Shown here one piece after another: positions 1 through 12,289 of a DNA stretch of 64,000 nucleotides. Each line of letters begins with the position of its first letter. The stretch's first letter is position 1. This stretch comes from Dipteris shenzhenensis. Lineage: Eukaryota. The position numbers and the translations under genes were made by a program. The stretch lies in assembly GCA_047967505.1 (NCBI GenBank), contig CM106538.1; one strand, 5' to 3'. The notes beneath the pieces were generated by a model. It did not search any database, had not been told where the DNA came from, and saw only the letters and a list, made by a program, of their open reading frames with translations.

Positions 1-339
1 TCTCTCTCCCTCCCCTCCCTTTTCCTCACTCCTCTCACCCTGGGATTGTGGCCGCCAAGACCCCCCGTCTCTCTCTCTCCCTCCCCTCCCTCTCCTCACT
101 CCTCTCACCCTCCTCTCTCTCTCCCTCCCCTCCCTCTCACCCTGGGGGCCGCGGCTGCCAGGACCCCCCCCCTCTCTCTCTCTCTCCCCTCCCTACCCTC
201 CCTCTCACTTGGGGGCCATGGTCACCAAGACCCCCCCCCCCTCTCTCTCTCTCTCTCTTTCGCTCCTTCCCCTCCCTCCTCTCTCTCTCTCCCTCCCCTC
301 CCTCCCCTCCCTCCCACCCTGGGAGCCGCGGCTGCCAGG

Positions 340-411
<72 letters not shown>

Positions 412-499
412 CCCTCCCCTCCCTCCTCTCTCTCTCCCTCGCCTCCCTGCCCTCCCTCTCACCCTGGGGGTCGCGGCCGCCAGGACCCCCTCTCTCTCT

Positions 500-535
<36 letters not shown>

Positions 536-991
536 CCTCCCCTCCCTCTTCTCTCTCTCTCCCTCCCCTCCCTCCCCTCTCTTTCTCCCCTCCCTCCCCT
601 CCCTCTCACCCTGGTGGCCGTGGCCGCCAAGACCCCCCCTCTCTCTCTCTCGCACTCCCTCCCCTCCCTCCTCTTTCTCTACCTCCCCTCCCTCCCCTCC
701 CTCTCACCCTGGCGGCTGTGGCCGCCAGGATCCCCCCCCCTCTCTCTCTCTCCCTCCCCTCCCTCCTCTCTCTCTCCCTTCTCTCTCTCTCACCCTGGTG
801 GCCGTGGCCGCCAGGACCCCCCCTCTCTCTCTCTCACTCTCTCTCTCCCTCCCCTCCTCCTCTCTCTGTCACCCTGGCGGTCGTGGCCGCCAGGACCCCC
901 CCTCTCTCTCTCTCGCTCTCTCTCTCCCTCCCCTCCCTCCTCTCTCTCTCCCTCCCCTTCCTCTCACCCTAGGGGTCGTGCTTGCCAGGAA

Positions 992-1042
<51 letters not shown>

Positions 1043-2096
1043 CCCTCCCTGGGGGCCACGACTGCCACGACCCCCTCTCTCTCTTTGGTGCTCTCTCTCC
1101 ACTCCTCCCGCTGCCCCCTCCCCCTACCCCCGCTCCCCCCTACCCCATCGCCCCCTACCCTGCCTCCCCCGCCTCCCACCTCCCCCTACCCCGCCGCCCC
1201 CTACCCTCGCTCCCTCCCCTTCCTCCTCTCTCTCTCTCCCTCCCCTCCCTCCCCTCCCTCTCGCCTCCCCCTAACCCCACTCCCTCCCCTCCCTCCTCTC
1301 TCTCTCTCTCTCTCTCCCTCCCCTCCCTCTCGCCTCCCCCTACCCCCGCTCCCTCCCCTCCCTCCTCTCTCTCTCTCCATCCCCTCCCTCCCCTCCCTCT
1401 CACCTTGGTGACTGCGGTCGCCAGGACCCCCTACCCCGCCTCCCCCCCTCCCGCCTCTCGCCTCCCCCTACCCTGCCTCCCCCCTCCCGCCTCCTGCCTC
1501 CCCCTACCCTGTCGCCCCTGCTCCCCCCTCCTGCCTCCCCCTACCCCTGCTCCCTACCCTGCCTCCCCCCTCCCGCCTCCTCCTACCCCCGCTCCCTACC
1601 CCACCGCCCCCTACCTTGCCTCCCTCCCCTCCCTACCCCCGCTCCCCCCTCTCGCCTCCCCCTACCCCACCACCCCCTACCCGCTCCTCCCTCCTGCCTC
1701 CCTACCCTGCCGCCCCCCCTGCCGCCTCCCCCTACCTCCTCTCCCTACCCCGCCTCCCCCCCTCCCTACCCCCGCTCCCCCCTCCCTACCCCTGCTCCCC
1801 CTCCCTCTTATGCCACTCTCTCCCTGCTCCCTCCCTCTTCCTCCCTCCCTGCCCTCTTCCGTCGCTCCTCCCTCCCTCCTTTCCTCCCTCTCTCTCCCCC
1901 CTCCACTTCCCTCTTCCTCCTTCCTCTCTCTCCCCCCTCCACTCCCCCCTCCACTTCCCTCTTCCTCCTCCCTCTCTCTCCCCCCTCCACTTCCCTCTTC
2001 CTCCTGGAGGCCGTGGCCTCCAAGACTTCTCTCCTTCTCTCTAAACTTTCTCTCTCTCTCTAGTTCCTCTCTCTCTTTCTTTCTCTCTCTCTCTTC
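1..2096. repeat. CT/C-rich composite tandem repeat (copy A)
   Basis: (CT)n and CTCCC tracts are punctuated every ~60-110 bp by a GC-rich motif like CACCCTGGGGGCCGCGGCTGCCAGGACCCC. From ~1110 to 1800 the unit changes to CCCCCTACCCCG-type. The long Pro/Leu/Ser ORFs here are artefacts of this composition. Confidence 0.95.
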
Positions 2097-2199
2097 AAAT
2101 TTTAAAAAAAAATCTAGATAAAGAATTAATCAAAAAAATTTACTAGTACGTGAAAAAAGTTTGTAAGTTTGCTCTTTCTTGCTTTCTTGCTCTTCCTTC

Positions 2200-3007
2200 C
2201 TTGCTTTCTTGCTTGTCCTTGCTTTCTTGCTTCAATGAATGAAATGAGGGGAGAATGAATGAAGAAGGAAGACTATATATAACAAAAACTAGGTTTTCCT
2301 CCTCCTCTCCTATTGGCTTTCCATTCCTCCCCTCTCTCCTATTGGCTTTTCATTCCTCCCCTCTCCCATTAGCTCCTATTACTCCCCCTCTCCCATTGGA
2401 ACCCCATCCCTCGTCCCAATCTTCCATTGGCCCTCCCCCCATCCATTTCTTCTTCCTCCCCCATTGCCACCACTCCCAGCCCACATTTCCACCATGTCCC
2501 AAACTCCTCCAATTTCCCAAAATCCCATATTTCCCCATCTCACCCTCCTCTTTTTCATCCCCTATTAACTCCCCTCACTCATTTCACTCCCTTATCATCC
2601 TACTCCCCTATTACCTCCTCCTCTCCCATTCCATTCCTCCCTCCCCACTCTCACTTCCACTTGCTTGCTTGATAGCTGAATCCTCTTATCCCCCTCTTCT
2701 CTTCACTTTTCTTGTTTATTTATTAAATTCTAACTTAATCTTCCATTCTTTTTATAGCCTAATCTCTTGCTACTATGACCATGTCCCATGGTATACTTAC
2801 TCCATTCTTCAAGTAAGCTACTCTACTTTGTCCTATTTATTGATCTTTCGTTGATTTTTCTTTTGCACTTGTGGACAAGCTAATCAATAAAGTATTCCAT
2901 TTTGTAATTTTGTCAAATCCATAGCTATTCCATCTCGTAGGTTCTCACCTTAACTCTTTTTTGCATAGCTAATTTCAGCACAAGCATGCAGAGTTGGGGG
3001 TGTCACA
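2200..3007 (-). mobile_element. Probable 5' part of a long Gypsy-type LTR reading leftwards into the CT/GA repeat
   Basis: The minus strand begins TGTGACACCCCC at 3007, a typical Gypsy LTR terminus. A minus-strand TATATATAG at ~2273-2281 is followed by a pyrimidine-rich leader. The same features occur at 35,800-36,609. The far end was not found. Confidence 0.45.
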
Positions 3008-4395
3008 TATGACATCACTAGGTTTAGAGTCTCTTTGTTTGCTCCCATCATGAGAGACTACACCATCTACTAAGGCACCCTAAACAAGTCCACAAATTTG
3101 ATGCTAGGAGAATGAGAGGATGACAAGGACTCATGGGAAGGTAGCTAATGCACATAGACAATGAATGGTTTCTCGAGTGTGTTTGGTTTGAGAGCTAAAT
3201 CTCGAGGTATAACTGCTAATGGAATTGTTGCTCCTTACATTGCTAGTAGAATGGGGATTTCTCTCTTGTGGCCAATCACCCCATCTCCTACATCACAATT
3301 GACCCCCCCCCCCCTCCATCTCCTCATGTATAGGCGCTATCTCTTAAGGGCTCATCTATGATTGGATGATATGAGAATTCGTAGAGGAGGAGCCTAGAGG
3401 ATTAAGGTCTCGGTGTTATTTGTGCATGCAACAATTCATGTTTGCGGTCTTTAATAAGCGCTATTTTCAAATATTGGCATCACAAACCTTTGTATAAGAG
3501 AGACTGAGTCATAGAGTAGCTTCAATTGAGCCTATAGCTTTATTTTAGCTACATAGGCTGATTGCATACGTCTAGTCGTGAGCCATCATAGATCTAAGAT
3601 TCAAGTTGCACTAAGAGCTAATTTCAAAGGCCACTCGCATGTGCATAGTATGCCAAGGACAAGTTGTGAGATGACATTGAGAAGTTTAACCAACAACCAG
3701 CACTAGCAAGGGCTCAAGTCGAAAAGCAAGCAAGCTATGTAGAAGCACTTGTTGTTGTTTCCAAGGTGTGAAGATGCTTTCTAGAGTGTACTCCGTTGAG
3801 ACTCCACCATATTCTAACATGTATAAGAGATGCTAAATCAACATGTGGTGCCATATTATGATAGACATCAAGAGAAAGAATTGAGGATAAGGAGGCAATA
3901 ATTTTATCCATACAAATTCAAAATGATTTTAACTAATGTGGTACCAGAAGAATGCAGCATGAGCAAAAATCATCATATTATTATATCCATAAAGTTTTGT
4001 TGCTTCAACATCTATTACATTTCTCCAATCCTCATCTTGAGAAGCTTCTATAAAAGTTGTAGGCTCAATGGACTTTTTGCCATCAAATTGATGTATCTCT
4101 TGTAGGTTTATATGTTGAGATTGACAAAACATGTGTGCCTCTCGATCTATGGAGCACTCTAAGGTGGATGGAACCTATGTGGACATGATGAAGAGAGTGC
4201 TCATGACATGTACCTCAAGTCAATTAGGTTCCAAGATAGATTAGCTTGGACTCATAAAGAGAATCTTGAGATAGTGCAAAGTGCTTGATTGATATTACTT
4301 CAAATGAACCTCCCTTTTATACGTGAGGTTAATTACATCCATTTGCTTGCTCACATGTGGGACATCTCCTTCATGCCATGTGGCAGCTTTCCCTT

Positions 4396-7300
4396 TGTTG
4401 AGAGTTGTGGTGCCATGAGCACTTGTAGAGCAAAGGTATGGGCAAAGGATAAGCTGCCACATGGCATGGAGGAGATATCCCACATGTGAGCAAGCAAATG
4501 GATGTAAGTACCCTCACCTATAAAAGGGAGGTTCATTTGAAGTAATTCAATCAAGCACTTTGCACTATCTCAAGATTCTCTTTATGAGTCCAAGTTAATC
4601 TATCTTGGAACCTAATTGACTTGAGATACATGTCATGAGCACTCTCTTCATCATGCTTGCAGTTAGGTTGCATCCTCCTTAGATTAGTGTTGTATTAGGA
4701 TGTTGTCTTAGTGACTAGAGAGTAGGATCCTCACTTTGTCATGGTATCAGAGCTTAGGTCTAGTCTCCTAGATTAGTTGTAGGTTGCCTTAGAAGCACAT
4801 GTTTTCTCTTAGGTTAGTTTTAGTTTTTTTTAAGATTGAGAGAATTCCGTTCATTGCTATGAAATATTTCCATCATTCTTGATGAGAGAGAGAGAGAGTT
4901 CATTCCTTTTAGAGATCTATTTTGTGAAATAGATCTGTGAGAACTTCTTCTTCTTCTTCTTCTTTCTCTTCTTAGAGAGAGCTTGTTGAGTTTGTTGAGA
5001 GCGTTGAGAAAATTCTGCTACATCGACCAAAGTCTTCTCCCACTAGCAAAACAACAGTGCTTCTCTGATTTCTGCTCCTTACAATGGGATGAATAGCTCT
5101 CCCAACTCCACCTACCGACTCGGCTACTCTACTCTACTCTTGTGATGCTCGTTGCGAACTAAGGCGCCCTCGTTTCATACACTATCTACTGGAGTGCCAG
5201 TTTGTCAACGTCCTCTGCACCGCAAACCTGTCCCACAGCAGTGCAACAGCACGAGCAAGGCTTCTCCACTGTCAACATACTTGAACGCAAGCCAGCAGCT
5301 CCAGCCTCATCATCGACTAGCCCCTCCAAAGCAAAAGACAGCCACCTGCAGGTCATTGTGAATGAACGCTCACGGTGCAGCGCCTCCTCAACGAACCTCT
5401 TCCACGAAAGCTTCTCCAAGATGAGCTAGCGCTCTCACTCCAACAACTACCTTCACACCAGCGACTCACGGTAGCTCCGCCTCGGCTGACCAGCAGCTCT
5501 GCAGCATCTTCGCGTCGCCGACGGCCGTCGTCATTGCAACTTCGTCGCATCTCTGTCGACGCACTGATAGAACAGATTGCATAGTTTTCTACAAGTCTCC
5601 TAAGGTTCCCAAAAATTGACATGTGGCAAAGATAAAACTTAACCACAGCCAGGAGTAGTTCAGTTAGTAGGGTGAAGTTTAGTTACTTGGACCATAGTTA
5701 GGTTTGTTTAAACTCTAGGTTAATTCAGTTTGGTTAGAAGGTTGCCACATGGCATAGTGCCACCTAAGCACAGTCCCTTTGTAAGCATAGTTTGGAATGC
5801 AGCATGTGAATGCCTGAGCCACATCATCAAGGCCCCCTCTTCTTCACAAAAGCTTCAACAAGCCATAACTTGCAATCCAGGAAGAATCTGCACATGCTCC
5901 AAAAAGGAAAAGTGATCGTCTTTTTGAGCTCTACGTGCCTGTCATGTTAGAATCATTGTATGCAATTAGACACTGCCAGATTTGAAAGTATCATCAAACT
6001 GGTAAGACCTTTGCAATGGCAATCCGCACTCCAACTGTTGAGAAGTTTACCGGGGATGGATTTCACACATGGTCTACACAAATGAGATATCTTCTGATGC
6101 ACCAAAAGCTTTGGAAGATTGTAAAAGAAGACATACCCACTGCACAAAATGATGCCTGGAAGGAAAAAGATGAAGCAGCACTATCACTCATTGGATTGCA
6201 CTTGGGTCCAAACATAATTCATCATATAGACTCTAAGGATCATGCCAAGGATGCATGGGATGAGTTGAACACAGTGTTTGGTGCAAAAGCCAAAAACCAA
6301 GAAATTCATCTTAAGATTGAATTCTATGGTATGCACATGGGCTTCAATGAATCCATGGCACAATTTGTCAACAAAATCAAAAGCATTATGACTCAACTAG
6401 AGGGCATAAATGCAAAAGTAGGAGAGAAAGATGCACTTGCAATTCTCCTTAAAAGCATGCCTGCAGAGTATAGTGCATTGACAACCACTTTGAAGAATTT
6501 GCCAGATCCAAAGTTTAAAGAATGTGTATCCTCTCTTCTCGAAAAAGAAAGAGAGTTAAAGGCATCGACATCGACATCGACATCGACATCAACATACAAT
6601 AGCTATAATGAAGAACAAGCACTATATTCAGTAAAACATCAGTGAAATGCTACCATTGCGGAAGGATGGGTCACTATCAAAGTGACTGCAGATTGAAGAA
6701 CAAACCAAAGTGTCACCATTGCAAGAAGCTCGGACACAAGGAAGAAGATTGCAGATTGAAGAATCAACAAGTCAACTACGCGGAGTCATCATCAAGCCAT
6801 GAGCCAAAAGGTGACATCAATGGAATGTATTGAAAAGCAAAAACCTTGCCAACCTTGCCTATGTTTTGTAATCAAACCTGACCACCTGAGAGTAGCTATG
6901 AAAGCACCCAGGGGAGGTATTGACATGTAGAAGCCACACTTGACCACCTTAAGTAGCATGCATGCACTAAGGGGAGGTGATGGATTTGTAACTCACATCT
7001 GACCACCTTGCAGTAGCCAAAGGATTATGGCACCAAGGGGAGGTGTTGAGAGTTGTGGTGCCATGAGCACTTGTAGAGCAAAGGTATGGGCAAAGGATAA
7101 GCTGCCACATGGCATGGAGGAGATATCCCACATGTGAGCAAGCAAATGGATGTAAGTACCCTCACCTATAAAAGGGAGGTTCATTTGAAGTAATTCAATC
7201 AAGCACTTTGCACTATCTCAAGATTCTCTTTATGAGTCCAAGTTAATCTATCTTGGAACCTAATTGACTTGAGATACATGTCATGAGCACTCTCTTCATC

Positions 7301-7402
7301 ATGCTTGCAGTTAGGTTGCATCCTCCTTAGATTAGTGTTGTATTAGGATGTTGTATTAGGATGTTGTCTTAGTGACTAGAGAGTAGGATCCTCACTTTGT
7401 CA
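4396..7402 (+). mobile_element. Complete gag-only LTR retrotransposon (TR-GAG-like, Copia-type gag)
   Basis: LTRs 4396-4741 and 7044-7402 (TG...CA) are identical by eye except a 13-bp tandem duplication in the 3' LTR. TSD CCCTT at 4391-4395 and 7403-7407. PBS TGGTATCAGAGC at 4742-4753, PPT AAGGGGAGG at 7035-7043. Only gag is encoded. Confidence 0.95.
6016..6833 (+). CDS. gag: Copia-type Gag (UBN2-like capsid) with two CCHC zinc knuckles, split by a -1 frameshift at ~6642
   Basis: ORF 6016-6645 (KFTGDGFHTWSTQMRYLL...AKDAWDEL...ILLKSMPAEY) overlaps ORF 6642-6833, which contains CYHCGRMGHYQSDC and CHHCKKLGHKEEDC. Confidence 0.88.
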
Positions 7403-9586
7403 CCCTTTACTCATACCTTTGCTCTACATGTGCTCATGGCACCACAATTCTCAACACCTCCCCTTGGTGCCATGATTCTTTGGCTACTACAAGGTGGTCA
7501 GATGTTTCTTCCTGGATTGCAAGTTACGCCTTGATGAAGGTTTTGTGAAGAAGAGGGCCTTTGATGATGTGGCACAAGGATTCACATGTTGAATTCCATA
7601 CTGTGCTTACAAAGGGACTGTGCTTGGGTGGCACTATGCCATGTGGCAGTCTTCTAACTAGACTGAGTTAACCCAAGTCTAAGAAAACTTAACCATGGCT
7701 AAATCTTATCCTGCCACTTGTCCAATGCTGACCTTGAGTGTGGCTAACCAAACATTTACTAACCATGGTTATGTTAGCCACGTGGCCTTATCTGCCACAT
7801 GGCATCATCTTCCTCAGATGAAGGCCACGCCTCTTAAGTTGTCAGGCTGGAGTGCCTCTAAAGGCCACGCGTGTTTGCAACGGTTGGAGCGATTGCTGAT
7901 GGAGTCTGGTAAGCCGTCCAGTGATGCGAAAAGCCAAGAGCTTGCATTGGGCTACTGGCATCTGTTATTTGTAGAGGCACAGAGTCATTCGTTTGTCGAA
8001 GCTGGCGTCTGGCTATTGGATATGGTATGACTCGTGAGCTGCTCGCGGAGAGCGCTGTAAGTTTCTTTGAGGTTGGCTTGTGAAGGAGATGCCCGTCGCT
8101 ACTGCAAGCCGTCGCTGAGGTACAACCGATGTCTCTTCAATAGTAATCTTGGCGGGCTAAAGGATGGAATCAAGGAACCTCGAGTAGCAAGCGGGTGACA
8201 CCCAGTATTGCGACTGATCAACTAGTATGATGAGGCCTGAAGCCGCTAGAGGGAGTGCAGGAATATCCAATATTGGCACTGAAGGTTTGACAGTCTGAAT
8301 CTGCAACTTGCCTTTTCGAGTAGTCTTGAGGGAAGGTGGTCAATTTTTTTTGAGATCATGATAGCGTCGTCCAGTTCCATTGGAGCATGCTATGATAGTT
8401 TGAGCTCTCTACCAAGGTATGATTAAGTATGAGTATGCTCATGACCCGTTGGCTGAAGCATCCCATGTAGAAAAAAGTTTGTTGGCTGGCTGCGTTGTAA
8501 AGGGCCGAGCTACAAGGAGCCTTCTGAAGATAGGGATCTGGACACTGCGTCTGATGGCTGTGTAGAAGGCCGTTGTTGGAGAGGCAACTACTCCTGCAGT
8601 GGGAAGATGTTGAAGGCCGCCATATGATGAAATTGTAGGTTTGTAGGCCAGCTCAAGAGACCTTGTTGGTGGAGGCCGGCTCTAGAGATTTTGTTGTCGA
8701 GGGGGGCTAAGCTGCCTTAGAGTTGATGATGAAGCCTTAGCTACTTGCTAGAGCCTGTTGATAAGGCTTAAGTAGTCGTTTAGGCTGTAGAAGCTGGGTA
8801 TGGGCCTTTGAACATTTGAAACTCTCTCAAAGAATAGAAGTTTCTCTCCCTCACAATAAAATCTCACAAGGCAAAGAAAGCATCTAGCTTTCTCACAAAT
8901 TTAGTGAAGAGTTGCTCCCTATCTCTCACAATCTCTCAAAGAACTCTCTCACAGAATGAATGGATAGAAAATTTCTCTCTCAAGAGATGGAAATTTGTTC
9001 TCAATCTAAAACTAAAACTAACCTAGGAGAAAGACATGAGCTCTTAAGGCATGCCTACAACTAATCTAGGAATGGGAGCAATCCTATTGAACTACTAATG
9101 AGCTAAACTAGGAGAGCTAAACCTATGCTCTGATACCATGGCAAAACATGTGTGCCTCTGGATCTATGGAGCACTCCATAGGTGGATGGAACCTATGTGG
9201 AGACATGATGAAGAGAGTGCTCATGATGAAGAGAGAGCATTAGTGAAAAATAAGGAGAAACATGAGTAAAACCCATATCCATCCCTTGGACATTTGTTCT
9301 CATAGGGCTACTTTTGTTTGTCTACTTGTCTAATGTAAAGAATTTGTATCCATCATTTAAGCATGTGTTGTAACTTGTTCTTGTATAACAACCATAGGTA
9401 CATATTATAGATTCGCTATTTCTAGATCAAGGGATGTAAGCACAAAATATTGTCTTTAGTTTTCATGACAGATATGCAAATAAGGTGAATGAATTCATCA
9501 GGCCTACTTGGAGGAAGCAATAAAGGTTGTCGAGAACAACCCATCAAAGGTGCAGACCATTCTCCAACCCTTTGTCAAAACAGCAC

Positions 9587-10411
9587 CTTCATGAGTCAGC
9601 TCAAGTATGTTGATAATCTCCTAAAGAAGTTTCATATGGTAAATTGCAAGATTGCACAGCCACTCCCATGGAACAGAGTTTGAAATTTACAAAAGATTCA
9701 GAAAAGCCTATAGTCAATGATAGGTACTACAAGAAGCTCATCGAATCTCTTATATATCTGACTATCACATGGCCAGATATTTGTTATGTAGTAACCTCAC
9801 TAGCGCAGTTTATGGCAAATCCAAAACAGTCTCACTGGAATGCAGCCAAAATAGTCTTGAGGTACATTAGAGGTACAAGACAGTTTGGGATAGAATACAG
9901 AGGAAGTCATCCATGGTTGCATGGATACTATGATAGTGACTATGTCGGAGATCATGAGACCAAGAGATTCACACATGTATATGCATTTTTCCTTGGTCAA
10001 GTTGCTATATCATGGTTGTCCAACAAACAGCCAACTGTTTCTTTGTCTTCAACTGAAGCAAAATATAGAGCACTCACTACAAGTGCATGTGAGGCTATAT
10101 GGCTCAGAAGACTATTTTCAAAAACAAATTACTTTGATGAGTCAAAGCCAACAACAATATACTGTGATAATGAATCGGCTCAAGCATTGGCCAAGAATCC
10201 AGCATATCACTCTAGTACAAAGCACATTGATGTCAGAAAGCACTTCATTAGAGAAAGAATGTTACTTGGTGACATCACACTGTAGTGTTGTGATAGCAAA
10301 GAGAATGTTGCAGACATCTTTACCAAACCACTCGATAAAGAGCTTTTCGAGAAACACCGACTAGCTCTTGGTTTGATGCAGAGGAAGGACATTCCCATTA
10401 AAGGGGTGTGA
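9587..10411 (+). mobile_element. pol: Decayed Ty1/Copia RT C-terminus and RNase H (family 1, copy A)
   Basis: Motifs SQLKYV, LIYLTITWPDI, GYYDSDY, VSLSSTEAKY, IYCDNESA, STKHIDVRKHFIRE. Contains frameshifts and stops. Confidence 0.92.
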
Positions 10412-11740
10412 TGGAATGTAATGTTCAGTCCTTCTTCGATTCCCTAGAATCATCATCTTGAGGGAAGGCCTACTTCATGATGTTGATCTTGAGGGAACAT
10501 GTTGAGAGTTCACGTTCAACATCAGGTGATCATATGTGCATAGCACTGACCCAATAGAGTGCTATAAGAAAAGGGTTAGATGCCCTAACCCTAACCCTAA
10601 ATGGGTTTGTATATATTCTACATTTTTAACTAAATCTAGTGTACAGTTAGTCATTTGTGGTGTTCTCTCTAGCTATGCCCTCTCTCCTCATCTCCACTCT
10701 TCTCCTGTCCCCTCTTCATATTTTGTTAGAACTAGCCAAGGAAGAACCTTTGGAAGAGGTTCAATTAAAGTGAGTGGAAGTAGCTCATTCTCCAAGCATG
10801 GAGGAGGCCATGCAAGATGACTTTCATCGGGAAGACGTGGTCACAGTGAAGATTCTAGAGTAGATTCTCTAGGAAAAACTCGTGAAGGTGCTGAACCCTA
10901 CACTATTTATGTGCGGGTAGTTTAGTAGATGTGGAAAGACTTCTTTGACATCCCCTTCTGCAAAGGAAGGAACCTTTTGGCAACTCTCAAACCGGTAGAG
11001 ATACATGCTACAATGCAAGGAGGGGGGCTTAGGGCCACAAATTCAAAAGAAGTGAATGGTTCATTGTCCTCCAAGAACAGCAGCAACAAGAGGTCAACAA
11101 ACTTTGATCAAGAGTTATAGGGGGCCGTCAATAGTGAGCACCTAAAGAAACAAGAACTATTCAATGAGCAAGGCATTGGACCTCCAAGAAGGTGGACCTC
11201 CAAGAAGGCAGTGATCTCCCAAGTAAATCTATATGACAACTTTCATGATGACTCTGTCAACTTGGTTGAATCACATGCAACTTTTTGGTTTCCTGCATGG
11301 ACCTTGTCCTCTAGTTGGATCTTGAAGATTGGATTCATAATAAGTGGTTCCAATTTTCTAGTTGGATATAAATATTGTGTTTTGACCATTGCATTGAGAT
11401 TGAATTTTGGATTGGGCTATTCTATAATTGAGTGGCTATTTCTTTGTTTATTAGGTTGAATCAATGATGTGATTAACTTCATTGTTTATTGAGGCATTGT
11501 TAGTGGATCAAATGGTGTGATTAACTTATTTCTATCTATGTTCATCTAGAACTATACAAAGTGCAATGCCTTATGTATTTTCAATAGCATATGGAAATGA
11601 TAGCAAGCTATAGTTTCTTAGCACTTTTTATTCAATCTTAATCATTTAGAAATTTATTTGCAGCAAGTAAGCAAAAAATATCCAGTGATGACAATGAAGA
11701 TGTAAATTCATATTGTGCACCTAATTCCATCCAACACTTT

Positions 11741-12289
11741 GTGGGAGGTGGCAACGCATTGGATTTGTTAACCATAGCCCAATTACATGATAGCATACCA
11801 TATCGGTTTGCTTTTGAGGGCAAGTTACTTTCAAAGGATGGTACTTACAAAGCTTTGAATCCTGACTATTCGATCAAGTTGAGAGTGGACTTGACTGACA
11901 AGTATTGTTGCAACACAGCGACATTGGTGGTGCCAGAAACATATATACCACAATTTATTGACTACTTGCAAGAAGATGGATTTTATAGAGTGGAGGGTGT
12001 AGCTATTGTAAAGAAAGTAGTTGCAGAAGGAGGCACTTCAAAATATTCTCTCTTGATTGATGCTACTATGGCTATTGCAAGAGGTGAACCTTTTGAAGGA
12101 TCTATTCATTTAGTTGTGAATCACTCTATTTGTACCAATACTCCATGGGATGCACACATGATACGCACAGATGTTGGCAATGTGGCAAGTGTAATGGGCT
12201 CACTTGCAGTAGTCACCATCAAAGTTGGTAGTGAAGATGGGAAGGCAGATCATATTATTCTCGCAGTCCTAGAGATGAAGATAGAGTAG
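11741..12289 (+). pseudogene. RPA70-like OB-fold fragment within the Helitron-like element (twin at 41343-41891)
   Basis: The segment LVVPETYIPQFIDYLQEDGFYRVEGVAIV resembles RPA OB-fold strands. An upstream remnant IYVRVV*MW at ~10,905 resembles an OB-fold start. Helitrons are known to carry RPA-like genes. The similarity is weak. Confidence 0.4.

Larger units (their letters stand above)
4122..9226 (-). mobile_element. Non-coding (gag-deleted) LTR element, relative of the TR-GAG element nested in it
   Basis: tRNA-Met PBS on the minus strand (plus GCTCTGATACCA, 9127-9138). Truncated 5' LTR at 9139-9226. PPT (plus CCTCCCCTT) at 7457-7465. The 3' LTR is split into 4122-4395 and 7403-7456 by the nested insertion. 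No gag or pol ORF is present. Confidence 0.85.

Noticed and set aside
1-1430. Regularly spaced conserved GC-rich motif that superficially resembles a CRISPR array
   Set aside because: The spacers are low-complexity CT tracts rather than unique sequence, the repeats are degenerate, the context is eukaryotic and there are no cas genes.
46-2121. Long Pro/Leu/Ser-rich and Arg/Glu/Gly-rich ORFs (also 31,117-35,708 and 53,863-54,713) that look like extensins
   Set aside because: They are open in several frames on both strands only because CT/GA repeats lack stop codons. Frames differ between copies A and B.
2255-2854. 199-aa ORF conserved in both copies
   Set aside because: It is low-complexity and lies in an LTR-like region. 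Conservation is explained by the recent duplication.
3008-4121. Possible Gypsy gag remnant
   Set aside because: Only vague similarity with many stops; no diagnostic motif.
10500-10600. TGTTGA...TCAACA 22-bp mini-LTR and CCCTAA repeats after the Copia RNase H
   Set aside because: Too short to distinguish a collapsed LTR or interstitial telomere from chance or truncation.
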